Shown: piece by piece, positions 48,547 through 58,700 of the stretch
How the letters are laid out: each line of letters opens with the position of its first letter
How positions within the stretch are numbered: position 1 is the first letter of the stretch
DNA from: Chloroflexota bacterium
GTDB lineage: Bacteria; Chloroflexota; Limnocylindria; QHBO01
Assembly: GCA_039932375.1 (NCBI GenBank)
Contig: JBDTQD010000003.1
Coordinates: 1 to 62,167, forward strand
Direction: 5' to 3'
Length of the DNA: 62,167 nt
Made by a program: the position numbers and the translations under genes
The notes under the pieces: generated by a model
Told to the model about the DNA's origin: nothing
The model's input: the letters and a program-made list of their open reading frames with translations, nothing else
Databases searched by the model: none

Positions 48547-49532
48547 TGACCGAGCTGAACATCCTCGAGGCGATCCGCTCGGCGATGGACGAGGAGCTGG
48601 AGCGTGACCCCGCCGTCATGGTCCTGGGCGAGGACGTCGGCCGCAAGGGCGGCGTCTTCGGCGCGACCGATGGTCTATGGACGAAGTACGGCGGCAAGCG
48701 CGTCCTCGACACCCCGCTCAGCGAGGCGCTGATCGCCGGCGCGGCGATGGGTGCTGCCATCTACGGCCTGCGGCCGATCGCGGAAATGCAGTTCGCCGAC
48801 TTCGTGTACCCCGCCTTCAACCAGATCGTGTCCGAGATCAGTCGCATCCGGTATCGGTCCAACAATGCCTTCGGGCTGCCGATGGTGATCCGCATGCCAT
48901 ACGGCGGCGGGGTGCATGGCGCCCTGTATCACTCGCAGAGCAACGAGGCCTACTTCACTGCCACAGTGGGTCTGAAGGTGGTTGCGCCCGGCACGCCGGC
49001 AGATGCCAAGGGACTCCTCAAGGCGGCGGTTCGAGACCCCGATCCGGTCATGTTCTTCGAGCACAAGAAGACCTATCGCCTCTTCAAGGCCGATGTCCCC
49101 GACGGCGACCACGTGGTGCCGATCGGCGTGGCGGACGTGGCTCGTGCCGGCAGGCACCTGTCGATCTTCTGCTACGGCTACATGCGGTTTTGCGCGCTGG
49201 AGGCCGCCGAGATCCTGGCGAAAGAGGACGGGATCGAGGCCGAGGTGGTCGACCTGCGGACCCTGCGCCCGCTCGACACCGCCGCCGTCCTGGCATCGGT
49301 GGCCAAGACCGGCAAGGCGCTGGTGGTCCACGAGGCGAACCGGTTCGGGGGCTTCGGGGCCGAGATCGCGGCCACCATCGCCGAGCAGGCCTTCGAGCAC
49401 CTTGATGGGCCGGTCACCCGCCTCGCCGGCCCGGAGGTGCCCGGAGTCCCGTTCCACCACAGCTTGGAAGACTGGTTCATGCTCAACCCCGGCAAGATCG
49501 TTGATGCGGCTCGTGCGCTGGCCGCGTACTGA
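48546..49532 (+). CDS. 2-oxoacid dehydrogenase E1 beta
   Basis: GEDVG..GGVF, DTPLSE, EMQFADF, GALYHSQS, DPV.FFEHK. Confidence 0.95.
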   Translation: MTELNILEAIRSAMDEELERDPAVMVLGEDVGRKGGVFGATDGLWTKYGGKRVLDTPLSEALIAGAAMGAAIYGLRPIAEMQFADFVYPAFNQIVSEISRIRYRSNNAFGLPMVIRMPYGGGVHGALYHSQSNEAYFTATVGLKVVAPGTPADAKGLLKAAVRDPDPVMFFEHKKTYRLFKADVPDGDHVVPIGVADVARAGRHLSIFCYGYMRFCALEAAEILAKEDGIEAEVVDLRTLRPLDTAAVLASVAKTGKALVVHEANRFGGFGAEIAATIAEQAFEHLDGPVTRLAGPEVPGVPFHHSLEDWFMLNPGKIVDAARALAAY

Positions 49533-49550
49533 TCGGCTACCCTGACTCGC

Positions 49551-51116
49551 ATGGCAACCACGATCAAGATGCCGCAGCTCGGCGAGTCGGTCACCGAGGG
49601 GACGATCGAGCGCTGGCTGGTCAAGGAGGGCGACAAGGTCGAGCAGTACGACCCGCTCTTCGAGGTGGTCACCGACAAGGTCAATGCAGAGGTTCCCGCC
49701 GAGGTCGCCGGCACGGTGACCAAGATCATCGTCGGCGACGGCCAGACCGTGAAAGTCGGCACGCCGCTGGCCGAGATCGAGACCGATGGCGCCACGGCCG
49801 AGGCCCCCGCAGCCGCCGCGCCGGCTGAGCCCACCCCCCCCGCTGCTCCTGCCGAGCCGGTCGCTGAGCCAGCTGCGGAGGCGGCCCCCCCACCGGAGCC
49901 GACCCCCGTCCCGATGGCGACTGCACCCGGTGCGCCGACCCCGGCGCCCGAGCCCTCAGCGGCCGAGCCCTCCGCGCCCGAACCTCAGGCTGCGGTTGCT
50001 GAACCCGTGGCCGCTGCGCCTGCCGCACCGGCCACCGATGGGACGATGCGGATGACCCCCGCCGTCAGACGCCTGGTGCGCGAGCACAGCATCGACGTCT
50101 CGAAACTGACCGGCAGCGGCGCGGGAGGACGCGTCACGCGCGATGACGTCCTTGCCTTCGTGGCCCAGGGAGCCAGCGGGGCTTCCGCTGCGCCCACTGC
50201 AGCCGATGCCGGGGCCGGCCCCGCGACCGCCGAGAATCCCGTGCCGGCTGCCCTCAGCGAGCCGACCCAAGCCCCGCCGGTCCCGGCCACGATGGCCGAG
50301 CCGGCACCTCCCCCACCTTCCGAGGCGCCGGCTCCGTCAGCGGCAGCACCTGCCCTAACCCCGCCACCGTCCTATGCACCTCCTACGCCCCTCGCCGCCC
50401 CGACGGGCGGCGACGTCGAGGTTCCCTTGAGCCAGATGCGCAAGGGGATCGCCGCCAAGATGACCCGCGTCAAGCAGACCGTCCCGCATGCCTACACCGT
50501 GGTGGAGGTCGACATGCATAACGTGGTGCGTTGGCGCGAGACGAACCAGGCCGCCTACACGGCGCGCGAAGGGATCGGCATCAGCTACGTCGCGGCAGTC
50601 ATCAAGGCGGTGACAGAGACACTGCGCCTGCATCCGACCCTGAACAGCCAGTTCGCCGAGGATCGGATCGTCCTGAAGCAGGCCATGAACATCGGCATCG
50701 CGGTGGCGGTCGACAACGGCCTGCTGGTGCCGGTCATCGCCAACGCCGACCAGCTCAGCATCAGCGGCGTGAACCATCGGATCCAGGACCTGGCGGCCCG
50801 CGCCCGCACCAACAAGCTGCGGCTGGACGAGATCCAGGGTGGCACCTTCACGGTGAACAACACCGGCTGGTTCGGATCGGTCTCATCCATGCCCATCATC
50901 AACGCGCCCGAAGTGGCCATCCTGTCGATGGAGGCGATCGTCAAGCGACCGGTGGTGGTGACCGTCGAGGGCGAGGACGTGATCACCATTCGACCGATGA
51001 TGAACATCACCTGCTCGTTCGACCACCGTGTGCTCGATGGGGCGCAGGTCGGCAACTTCCTGGCCGATGTCCGCCGCCGCCTCGAGGAGTGGGACCCGGC
51101 CACGCCGATCGGCTGA
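49551..51116 (+). CDS. Dihydrolipoamide acyltransferase (E2)
   Basis: Lipoyl domain MPQLGESV.EG...TDKV, E3-binding GSGAGGRVTRDD, catalytic FDHRVLDG. Confidence 0.96.
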   Translation: MATTIKMPQLGESVTEGTIERWLVKEGDKVEQYDPLFEVVTDKVNAEVPAEVAGTVTKIIVGDGQTVKVGTPLAEIETDGATAEAPAAAAPAEPTPPAAPAEPVAEPAAEAAPPPEPTPVPMATAPGAPTPAPEPSAAEPSAPEPQAAVAEPVAAAPAAPATDGTMRMTPAVRRLVREHSIDVSKLTGSGAGGRVTRDDVLAFVAQGASGASAAPTAADAGAGPATAENPVPAALSEPTQAPPVPATMAEPAPPPPSEAPAPSAAAPALTPPPSYAPPTPLAAPTGGDVEVPLSQMRKGIAAKMTRVKQTVPHAYTVVEVDMHNVVRWRETNQAAYTAREGIGISYVAAVIKAVTETLRLHPTLNSQFAEDRIVLKQAMNIGIAVAVDNGLLVPVIANADQLSISGVNHRIQDLAARARTNKLRLDEIQGGTFTVNNTGWFGSVSSMPIINAPEVAILSMEAIVKRPVVVTVEGEDVITIRPMMNITCSFDHRVLDGAQVGNFLADVRRRLEEWDPATPIG

Positions 51117-51131
51117 GGCGGACCCGGCGGG

Positions 51132-52370
51132 TCACGGCTGATTCGGCAGCTGCTCCCGCTCCGGCCCAGCCCTGAGCGCACGCACGCTGGGGACGGCAAG
51201 CATGCCGAGGGTGGTGGCGATATTTAGCACCCCCGCCAGCACGAGGCTGTTGCCGACGCCGAACCGCTCCGAGAGGGGGCCAATCAGCGCATAGCCGATC
51301 GGATTCAAGGCCACCGACCCGAACCAGTCGAAGGAGCTGATCCGCGAGATGGCGTTCTCCGGAATCTTCTCCTGGAGCGTCGAGAACCAGATGGCGTTGC
51401 CGAACGCGAAGCCACCACCGCTGACGAAGGCGACGGGGATGATCAGCCAGAGGGGAACGCCGAGGCCGAGCATGAGCACCTGGATCCCGGCAGGCACGAC
51501 GACGAGCAGGGTGGCGACGAGCGGGCGTGAGAAACGCACCTGGAGCGCAAACAGGCCACCCGCGAGCGAGCCCGCTGCCTCGGCCGCAAGGATCGCGCCC
51601 CATGCCCCCGGCCCCCCAAGGTGCGTCTTCGCCACGTACGGCCCCAACACCAACAGCGCGGGAAAGTAGGTCAGCTGGAACGACGCGAATGAGGCGACGA
51701 TGGCGACGAGCCACGAACGCGACGTGAATTCGCGCCACCCTTCGCGGAAGTCGGCGATCACGCTTCGGCCCGAGAGACGGAGCATCCGTGGCAGGTTGAG
51801 CATGGCGGTGAGCGTCGCGCTGACCGCAAACGTCAACGCATCAGCTGCCAGGGCCCAGCCCGGGGCTGCCGCGGCCACCAGGAGCGCGCCGAGCGCGGGC
51901 CCGGCGATCGCGACCGTCGACGTGGAGAGCCCTATCAGGGCGTTCGCCTTCTGCAGGCTTCCGACGCCAACGACCTGGGGCACCAGCCCCTGGTAGGCGG
52001 GCCGCCCGAAGGCGTTCACTGCGCCGTAGAGCACCTGCAAGAGAGCGACGACGAGGATCGTCGCGTGACCGGTCAACAGGAGAGCGGCGGTGGCTCCCTG
52101 CGCCACGCCCCGGATGACGTCAGCAGAGACGAGGATGAGGTGGCGTGGCAGGCGATCGCTCCACACGCCGCCCAGTAGGAGGAGCACCACGAGCGGGATT
52201 TCGCGCGCCAGGATCACGAGCCCGAGCTCGGTGGGCCCGCCGATGCTGAGCACGGCGAACGCGAGCGCCACATCGGCCATCGTCGTGCCGAAGGTGGACA
52301 CGGTGCGCGAGGCAAAAAGCAGCCGAAATCGGCGCTCGCGCAGTGGCTCAAAGCCCAGTCGCTGAAGCAT
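51132..52370 (-). CDS. MFS transporter (DHA3/H+ antiporter-like)
   Basis: About 12 TM helices; GGVWSDRLPR; GPALGALL. Confidence 0.9.
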   Translation of the reverse strand: MLQRLGFEPLRERRFRLLFASRTVSTFGTTMADVALAFAVLSIGGPTELGLVILAREIPLVVLLLLGGVWSDRLPRHLILVSADVIRGVAQGATAALLLTGHATILVVALLQVLYGAVNAFGRPAYQGLVPQVVGVGSLQKANALIGLSTSTVAIAGPALGALLVAAAAPGWALAADALTFAVSATLTAMLNLPRMLRLSGRSVIADFREGWREFTSRSWLVAIVASFASFQLTYFPALLVLGPYVAKTHLGGPGAWGAILAAEAAGSLAGGLFALQVRFSRPLVATLLVVVPAGIQVLMLGLGVPLWLIIPVAFVSGGGFAFGNAIWFSTLQEKIPENAISRISSFDWFGSVALNPIGYALIGPLSERFGVGNSLVLAGVLNIATTLGMLAVPSVRALRAGPEREQLPNQP

Positions 52371-52552
52371 CGCGCGACTCTAAGTCATCGGGCTCGAAGC
52401 GCGCTTTGCCAGCTTTCGGAGGTCGGTCTCCTCGACGAGCGGACAGGCGTTCCTCGGCGTGCATCCGCCTTGCTCGTCCGAGAGCGCGATCCGCGCTGCA
52501 TCTCCGCCGCACGGCTCAAACGCCGCCCGGTCAATTGCCCAGAGCGATCTCC

Positions 52553-53602
52553 TCAGCCAGCCGGCAACGGTCGGCGCCGCTTCCTCTCGTCGTCGCCTCC
52601 CAGCCGTCGGACCGCCGGAACCCAGGCTAGCGCGCCGAACGACTGGAGCGCGATGAAGATGATCAACAGCAGGCCAGGCCCGCCGACTGCCGCACCCGGC
52701 ACGAACCAGCTGAACTGGCCGCCGAGCAGCGAAAGCAGGTCCAGGCCCATCCCCAAGTCTCCGCTTCCGCCGCCGTCGGAATCGTTGACGGGCGCTACGG
52801 ACAGCGCCGGCGGCGATTCGGTCGCCGACGGCAACCGCGACGGCGACGGCGACGGCGTGACGGTGGCCGAGACGGATGGGTCAGGAGTAGGGGTTGGCTC
52901 GCCGGGCTGAGGCGTCTCCCCGCTCCACGAGGAACCGGGACTCGGCACGGGCGTCGGGCTCATCAATGGCACGGGCGTCGGGCTCGTCAGCGGCGTGGGC
53001 AGCGGCGGCAGGGTCGGCAGCGGCGACAGGGTCGGGATCACGGTCGGAATGGGGGTCGGCTTTGGCGTAGGGACGGGCGTGGGAGCGGGGGCAGGGTTCA
53101 CCGTCACCCACTGGGCAGCACCCGGCAACGCTGTGTCGCCGCAGCCCAGCTTGGCGCCGTGGACCAGGTTCTGCCAGGGGAAGGTGCCGGGCGCAGTCGG
53201 AGTGGCAGTGACGGTGAAGGTCATCCAGTCGCCATTGTTCTTCAAACGATCCGGATCTTTGACCGCGTACGCGATCACCGCGTTGCCGGTGCCCGCTTGC
53301 CGCACCCATTTCGGGTTGGCGTTCCCCTGCACCGTGGCGGTCGGGTTGCTCACCGACTGGATCACGAAGCTGGCCGGCAGGTCGACCTCGACGCAGGCGA
53401 CGTGTCCCCCCGGAATGAGCTGAGGGCTAAGGCCGATAGTGGAGACGTCGACTCTGACGACGAAGGAGGTCGCGGTGCCCTCCTCGGCGATCGATGGGGT
53501 GAGGGTCAAGTGCCAGAAGAGAGCCGGCGCGGCGAGGACCAACGCCGGAAGCAGCGCCAGCAGCACGCCTACCGCCCCGAGGGCCATCAGCCGCCGTCGC
53601 AT
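52553..53602 (-). CDS. Secreted/surface protein with Pro/Thr-rich stalk and C-terminal TM
   Basis: Signal peptide, beta-rich domain, PT/PS repeats, C-terminal hydrophobic helix and RKRRR. Confidence 0.75.
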   Translation of the reverse strand: MRRRLMALGAVGVLLALLPALVLAAPALFWHLTLTPSIAEEGTATSFVVRVDVSTIGLSPQLIPGGHVACVEVDLPASFVIQSVSNPTATVQGNANPKWVRQAGTGNAVIAYAVKDPDRLKNNGDWMTFTVTATPTAPGTFPWQNLVHGAKLGCGDTALPGAAQWVTVNPAPAPTPVPTPKPTPIPTVIPTLSPLPTLPPLPTPLTSPTPVPLMSPTPVPSPGSSWSGETPQPGEPTPTPDPSVSATVTPSPSPSRLPSATESPPALSVAPVNDSDGGGSGDLGMGLDLLSLLGGQFSWFVPGAAVGGPGLLLIIFIALQSFGALAWVPAVRRLGGDDERKRRRPLPAG

Positions 53603-53603
53603 C

Positions 53604-55445
53604 TCAGGCCACCTTGAGGGTCGGTTGCCAGATACCGACTGGCTGCTCACCGGGTAGCGGAGCGTCGGGAGCCGTCTCGATGCCCTCGATGAAGGCCATG
53701 ACCAGGTCTTCCTGCAGCTGTGTCCCCGCAGCGCCGCCCAGCCGCTTCAGGGCCTCCTCGAGCGGCAGCGCCCGGCGATACGGCCGCGAGGTGGTCATGG
53801 CGGAGAAGGCGTCGGCCACGGCCAGGATCCGGGCCAGGAACGGGATCTCCTCCCCCTCCAGGCCGTGGAGGTAACCACGTCCATCCCAACGCTCGTGATG
53901 GTGACGGATCCCGGAGCGCACCAGTTCGACGTCCGGGACGTCCCTCACGATCGCGTCGCCCAGCGCGACGTGCTGCTTGAAGATGTCGTATTCCTGAGCG
54001 GTCAGGCTGCTCGGCTTGCGGAGAAGGGTGTCCGGGATGCCGATCTTGCCGATGTCGTGCAGCAGCCCGGCAAGGTGGATCGTCTGCCACTGCTCCGGAT
54101 CGATGCCGATCCGCCTGGCGAGGAAGACGGCGTAGCGTGCCACGTCCTCGGAGTGGCGCTTCGTGTATCGGTCCTTGGTGTCGACTGCGATGACCAGTCC
54201 CTGCAGGACGTCAAAGCTGCCGGAGGTCTCCTTCTCGTCCTCCGCGACCCGCGCCACGCGAACACCGTCGCCGCCCGATCCGCGCGCCTCGCGCACCGCC
54301 AGCGCACCGGCTGTGAGCAGCTCGGTGACGGATCCGCCGTTCGCCGGATAGAGGCAGATGCCCACGCTGACCGAGATCGGCAGCGCTTCGGACTCGCCGA
54401 ACTGGAACGTGATCTCGGAAAGCGCCCCGCGGATCCGAGCCACCGCCGCCTGCATCTCGTTCTCGCCGGCATCGGTCAGCACCAGGAGGAATTCGTCGGG
54501 GCCATAGCGCGCAACGAACGAACCGTCACCAGACTGGGCCTCGACCAAGTCGGCGACGCGGACCAGCACTTCGTCACCGGCGGCGTGACCATGCGTGTCA
54601 TTTAGGAGGCGGAAGTTGTCGACGTCCACGAGCGCGAGGCCGAGGCGGCCTTCAGCAGCCCGCACTAACTCGAGCCGCTCGACCAGCAGCGACACGACGG
54701 CGCCGTGGTTCAAGAGGCCTGTCAGCGAGTCGAGCCGCTCCGCTTCCAGCAGCTGCGCCTGCTGCCGCGAGATTCGCTTCTGCGCCGCGCGGAAGACGCC
54801 GAAGAGCACCATGGCCAACACCAGCGATGAGATAACGGTGACGCTGATCACGTCCCACCGCGCCGCCTCGATGCGCGCGAGCAGGGGCCCGGCGTCGCGC
54901 CACATGGCGACGACCGCCAGGGTCTTGCCAGTGGAGGACTTGAGCGGCAGGTACTCCTGCACCAGGTGCGCGGCCTGAAGGGGGGTGCTGCCCAGGTCCG
55001 TGGCGGCGTCGCGCTCGACCATGGCGACGCTGGGGGACCCGCCGAGCGCCTTGTGCATCCCGTCGGAGATCGGGGGGGTTGTGCCCATCTCGGCCGCAAC
55101 CGAGCTGGCGAGGACCGTGCCATCGGTGGCACGCAACTCGACCCGCAGGATCTCATCCCGCGTCGTCAGCGCCGCCAGCTTCCGCTCGAGCTCGGCCGCG
55201 CGCGACGGGCTCATCGTGGAGGTGAGGTCCGACGGCTGCAGGTTGCCGTCCACGAAGAGCGCCACCAGCGAGCGGTCGCGCGAGACGACGGCCGCCAGCG
55301 TGGCGCTCGAGAGATGGAGCGAGGTGACGGTCACCAGCGCGGTCGCGGTCAGCCCGATGAGCATGAGGAAAACGCCCAGCACAAGACCGAGCACCATCGG
55401 CCGCCGTCGGCCCTGCGCGACCGTCTGAGCAGGCGTATCCACCAT
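53604..55445 (-). CDS. Membrane GGDEF + HD-GYP protein
   Basis: D.LTGL.N, DVDNFR..ND..GH..GD, RYGPDEF; HSEDVA, LHDIGK, HHERWDGRGY. Confidence 0.92.
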   Translation of the reverse strand: MVDTPAQTVAQGRRRPMVLGLVLGVFLMLIGLTATALVTVTSLHLSSATLAAVVSRDRSLVALFVDGNLQPSDLTSTMSPSRAAELERKLAALTTRDEILRVELRATDGTVLASSVAAEMGTTPPISDGMHKALGGSPSVAMVERDAATDLGSTPLQAAHLVQEYLPLKSSTGKTLAVVAMWRDAGPLLARIEAARWDVISVTVISSLVLAMVLFGVFRAAQKRISRQQAQLLEAERLDSLTGLLNHGAVVSLLVERLELVRAAEGRLGLALVDVDNFRLLNDTHGHAAGDEVLVRVADLVEAQSGDGSFVARYGPDEFLLVLTDAGENEMQAAVARIRGALSEITFQFGESEALPISVSVGICLYPANGGSVTELLTAGALAVREARGSGGDGVRVARVAEDEKETSGSFDVLQGLVIAVDTKDRYTKRHSEDVARYAVFLARRIGIDPEQWQTIHLAGLLHDIGKIGIPDTLLRKPSSLTAQEYDIFKQHVALGDAIVRDVPDVELVRSGIRHHHERWDGRGYLHGLEGEEIPFLARILAVADAFSAMTTSRPYRRALPLEEALKRLGGAAGTQLQEDLVMAFIEGIETAPDAPLPGEQPVGIWQPTLKVA

Positions 55446-55717
55446 GTGCGCGGGACGATAGGAAAAGCACGGTGCAGGGTCGATAGGACTATCGGCATAC
55501 GGGGGGTGGAGTCGTCCAGACGTGACGCCAGATCCACCGGCGATGGCCTGTCCGCGGGCGGGACCCCCCGTACGACGGTACCGTCCGCACGAGAATCGAC
55601 GTGCTCGCCACCCCGTGCCGGTGCAACATTGCGGTTCGGATCTTGTTGATAGCGTCGAGCCAGGACCGTCGAGGACGCTCGCTGAGCGTTCCGCCCTCCG
55701 GTTGCTAGACTCCCTGC

Positions 55718-56767
55718 GTGACCGTCGACCCACAGCGCGACTTCTCGACTCTTGGCGAGCTTGCCGTCGTCAGTGAGCCTTCCGGCCACCACTCCCCGTC
55801 GGAGGTGATGTACCCCGGCGGCCCGACACTCGACGGCGGCCTCCCGGCGCCGGGCGAGCCGATTCCCGAGAATGCCGGCCCCGGCGGGCGCAGGCCGGAG
55901 TGGCTGAAGGTCAGGATCGGGATGGGCGAGACCTACGCCTCGGTCAGTCGCATCATGCGCAGCCAGGACCTGCACACCGTCTGCGAAGAGGCACGCTGCC
56001 CGAACCAGGGAGAGTGCTGGGCGCTCGGCACGGCCACCTTCATGGTGCTCGGCAGCGTCTGCACCCGGAACTGCGGCTTCTGCGCGATCGACACCGGGCG
56101 TCCTCCCACCACCGACCTGGACGAGCCGCGTCGGGTGGCCGAGGCGGCGGCTGCCATGCGCCTGAAACATGCGGTGATCACCATGGTCGCCCGCGACGAC
56201 CTGCCCGATGGCGGCGCCGGCATCGTGGCGGACACGATCCGCGCCATCCGCGGCGAATCCCCCGCCACCAGCATCGAGGTCCTGATCTCCGACCTGAACG
56301 GGCGGGAGGCCGACATCCGGACCGTGGTCGAGGCCCAACCCGAGATCCTCAACCATAACGTTGAGACTGTGCCGCGCCTGCAGCGCCCGGTCCGGCGCCG
56401 CGCCCGCTGGGATCGCAGCGTCTCGGTGCTGACCATCGGTCGCAGCGTCGCCACCGAGATCGGGCATGACCAGATGGTCACCAAGACCGGCCTGATGGTC
56501 GGCCTGGGCGAGACCTGGGACGAGATGCTCGAGGCGATGGGGCTCCTGCGCCAGGCGCAGATCGAGGTCCTGACGATCGGGCAATACCTCCGCCCGTCAC
56601 GCGGGCACCTGCCGCTGCATCGGTACTACACCCCCGCCGAGTTCGCGACGCTGCGCCGGATCGGGCTCGAGATGGGGTTCCGGCACGTGCAGTCCGGGCC
56701 GCTCGTGCGCTCCTCCTACCACGCGGCGGAGCAGGTCCCGGGCCAGGCTGTGGCATCCGCCAGCTAG
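55718..56767 (+). CDS. lipA: Lipoyl synthase
   Basis: CEEARCPNQGEC, CTRNCGFC, NHNVETV, PLVRSSY; TAGACT at 55706-55711 (leaderless). Confidence 0.97.
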   Translation: MTVDPQRDFSTLGELAVVSEPSGHHSPSEVMYPGGPTLDGGLPAPGEPIPENAGPGGRRPEWLKVRIGMGETYASVSRIMRSQDLHTVCEEARCPNQGECWALGTATFMVLGSVCTRNCGFCAIDTGRPPTTDLDEPRRVAEAAAAMRLKHAVITMVARDDLPDGGAGIVADTIRAIRGESPATSIEVLISDLNGREADIRTVVEAQPEILNHNVETVPRLQRPVRRRARWDRSVSVLTIGRSVATEIGHDQMVTKTGLMVGLGETWDEMLEAMGLLRQAQIEVLTIGQYLRPSRGHLPLHRYYTPAEFATLRRIGLEMGFRHVQSGPLVRSSYHAAEQVPGQAVASAS

Positions 56768-56773
56768 AGACCG

Positions 56774-57580
56774 ATGCGCGACATCAGCAGCCCGCCGGCC
56801 GCCCTCGCCGTACCGATTCCCTCGCGACGGCCGCGCCGAGACGCGCCGTTCATCGCTGCCAGCGATGAGCGCCCGCTCCTCCGCGCCCACGGCGGAAAGA
56901 TGACCGTCGAGCGACTCGGCACGGTTCCCTACGAGCCGACCTGGGAGCTGCAGGACGAGCTGGCCGAGCAACGGCGCCAGCGGCGCATCGGCGATCGGCT
57001 TCTGCTACTGGAGCACTTTCCGGTGTACACCATCGGTCGCGGCGGAGACGAGGGCAACCTGCTCGCCTCGCCGCAGCGGCTGCGCGAGATCGGGGCGCAG
57101 TTCCTGCGCGTCGATCGCGGCGGCGACATCACCTTTCACGGCCCGGGCCAGTTGGTCGCCTACCCGATCGTGGAGCTGCGCGACCCGCTCGACCTGCGGC
57201 GCTACGTCCGCTCGCTGGAGGCGGCCATCATCGCCACCGCGGCCGAGGTTGGGGTCGAGGCAGGTCGGGTCGAGGGCCTCACTGGCGTCTGGGTGGAGGG
57301 GCGCCGCAAGCTGGCCGCCATCGGCGTGCGCGTGAAGCGCGGCGTGACGACCCATGGACTGGCGCTGAACGTGAACACGGAGCTGCGCTGGTTCGCCGAG
57401 ATGATCCCGTGCGGGATCGCTGACAAGGAGGTCACCTCACTTGCCGCGGAGCTCGGCCATCCGGTCGACATGGCAGCTGTCGAGGTTCGACTGGCCGATG
57501 CCCTGGCTGCCGGCTTCGGCCTCACCGTGGCTGCCGGTCGCTCAGGACCGATTGGGCCGGCCGGCTCCTCCGAGCAGTGA
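56774..57580 (+). CDS. lipB: Lipoyl(octanoyl) transferase
   Basis: LLEH.PVYT.GR, DRGGDITFHGPGQLVAYP, KLAAIG, HGLALN, IPCG. Confidence 0.96.
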   Translation: MRDISSPPAALAVPIPSRRPRRDAPFIAASDERPLLRAHGGKMTVERLGTVPYEPTWELQDELAEQRRQRRIGDRLLLLEHFPVYTIGRGGDEGNLLASPQRLREIGAQFLRVDRGGDITFHGPGQLVAYPIVELRDPLDLRRYVRSLEAAIIATAAEVGVEAGRVEGLTGVWVEGRRKLAAIGVRVKRGVTTHGLALNVNTELRWFAEMIPCGIADKEVTSLAAELGHPVDMAAVEVRLADALAAGFGLTVAAGRSGPIGPAGSSEQ

Positions 57581-58032
57581 CCGATGCTCGTCGATCATTG
57601 GCGTTCAGCTTGCTGTGGCGAGCGGCGTATCGGTTCCTGCGACTGATCGACCCGATGGTCCGGCTCAGCTGGGCGCGCGGGGCCCTGGGCATCACCGTCG
57701 ATCTTCGCGTCCATGGCCGGCACTCTGGTCGAGAGCGCGCGGTGCTGCTGGGCCTGCTCACCGTAAACGGAAACGAGTACGTCGGTCACCCGAACGGCGA
57801 TGCCGACTGGGTCCGCAACCTGGAGGCCGCGGGCAGCGCCACGGTGGTGTGGCCGCTTGGGGGGAGGCGCGTGGTACGTGCCCAGCGTCTGCCCGACGGA
57901 AGCGAGCGTGACGCCGTCATCATGGCCACCGCCCGCCAGCAGCCGTTCCCCGGCAACCTCCTGTACCGGGTGTCGCGCAGGCATATCCTCGCGAGGGGCG
58001 CCTACTTCCGCCTGGAGCCAGCCGAGCAGTGA
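57577..58032 (+). CDS. Deazaflavin-dependent nitroreductase-family (split beta-barrel) protein
   Basis: L.V.GRHSGR.R, ADWVRNL.AAG.A.V. Confidence 0.7.
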   Translation: MTDARRSLAFSLLWRAAYRFLRLIDPMVRLSWARGALGITVDLRVHGRHSGRERAVLLGLLTVNGNEYVGHPNGDADWVRNLEAAGSATVVWPLGGRRVVRAQRLPDGSERDAVIMATARQQPFPGNLLYRVSRRHILARGAYFRLEPAEQ

Positions 58033-58700
58033 CCGAGGTCCAGCGCGCCGGCATCCCTGCTCACCACCCGCGCCTGGAGGTCGGCGCATTCGGGCCCTGG
58101 CAGACGAACGGCTACCTCGTCTGGGACGGTCGTTCGGCCGATGCCCTGGTGGTCGACCCGGGCATGGGCGCCGCCCAGCCTCTCCTCGACCGCGTCGCCG
58201 CCAATGGGCTGGCGCTGCACCTCGTGGCGAACTCGCATGGGCATATCGACCACGTCTTCGACAACGCCGCAGTGGTGCGCGGGTCCGGCGCGCCGCTGGC
58301 CATCCACGAGCTCGATGAGGCGCGGTTGTCCGCGCCCAACAACTACGGGCTGGAGATGGAGCCGAGCGTCGCCACTCGTCACCTGCAGGAGGGCGAGCAG
58401 CTCACGATCGGTGACCTGGTCTTCGACGTGCTCCACACGCCGGGCCACACCGCCGGGTCTGTCTGCCTCTACGAGGAGCGCGCCGCGCTGCTCCTCTCCG
58501 GCGACGTCCTGTTTGCCGGCACCTACGGCCGCACCGATCTCCCCGGCGGCGACGACGACCTTATGGTGGCATCGCTTGCCCGCCTGGCCGCCATGCTGCC
58601 CCCTGGGGTGCGGGTCCTGCCCGGCCACGGTCCGGAGACGACGTTGGAGCGGGAGCTCCACTGGATGCGCCGGATCGCCGAGTCGGGTCGGCTTTCCTAG
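58029..58700 (+). CDS. MBL-fold metallo-hydrolase
   Basis: SHGHIDH, HTPGHT.G, SGD.LF, PGHG..T. Confidence 0.93.
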   Translation: MTEVQRAGIPAHHPRLEVGAFGPWQTNGYLVWDGRSADALVVDPGMGAAQPLLDRVAANGLALHLVANSHGHIDHVFDNAAVVRGSGAPLAIHELDEARLSAPNNYGLEMEPSVATRHLQEGEQLTIGDLVFDVLHTPGHTAGSVCLYEERAALLLSGDVLFAGTYGRTDLPGGDDDLMVASLARLAAMLPPGVRVLPGHGPETTLERELHWMRRIAESGRLS

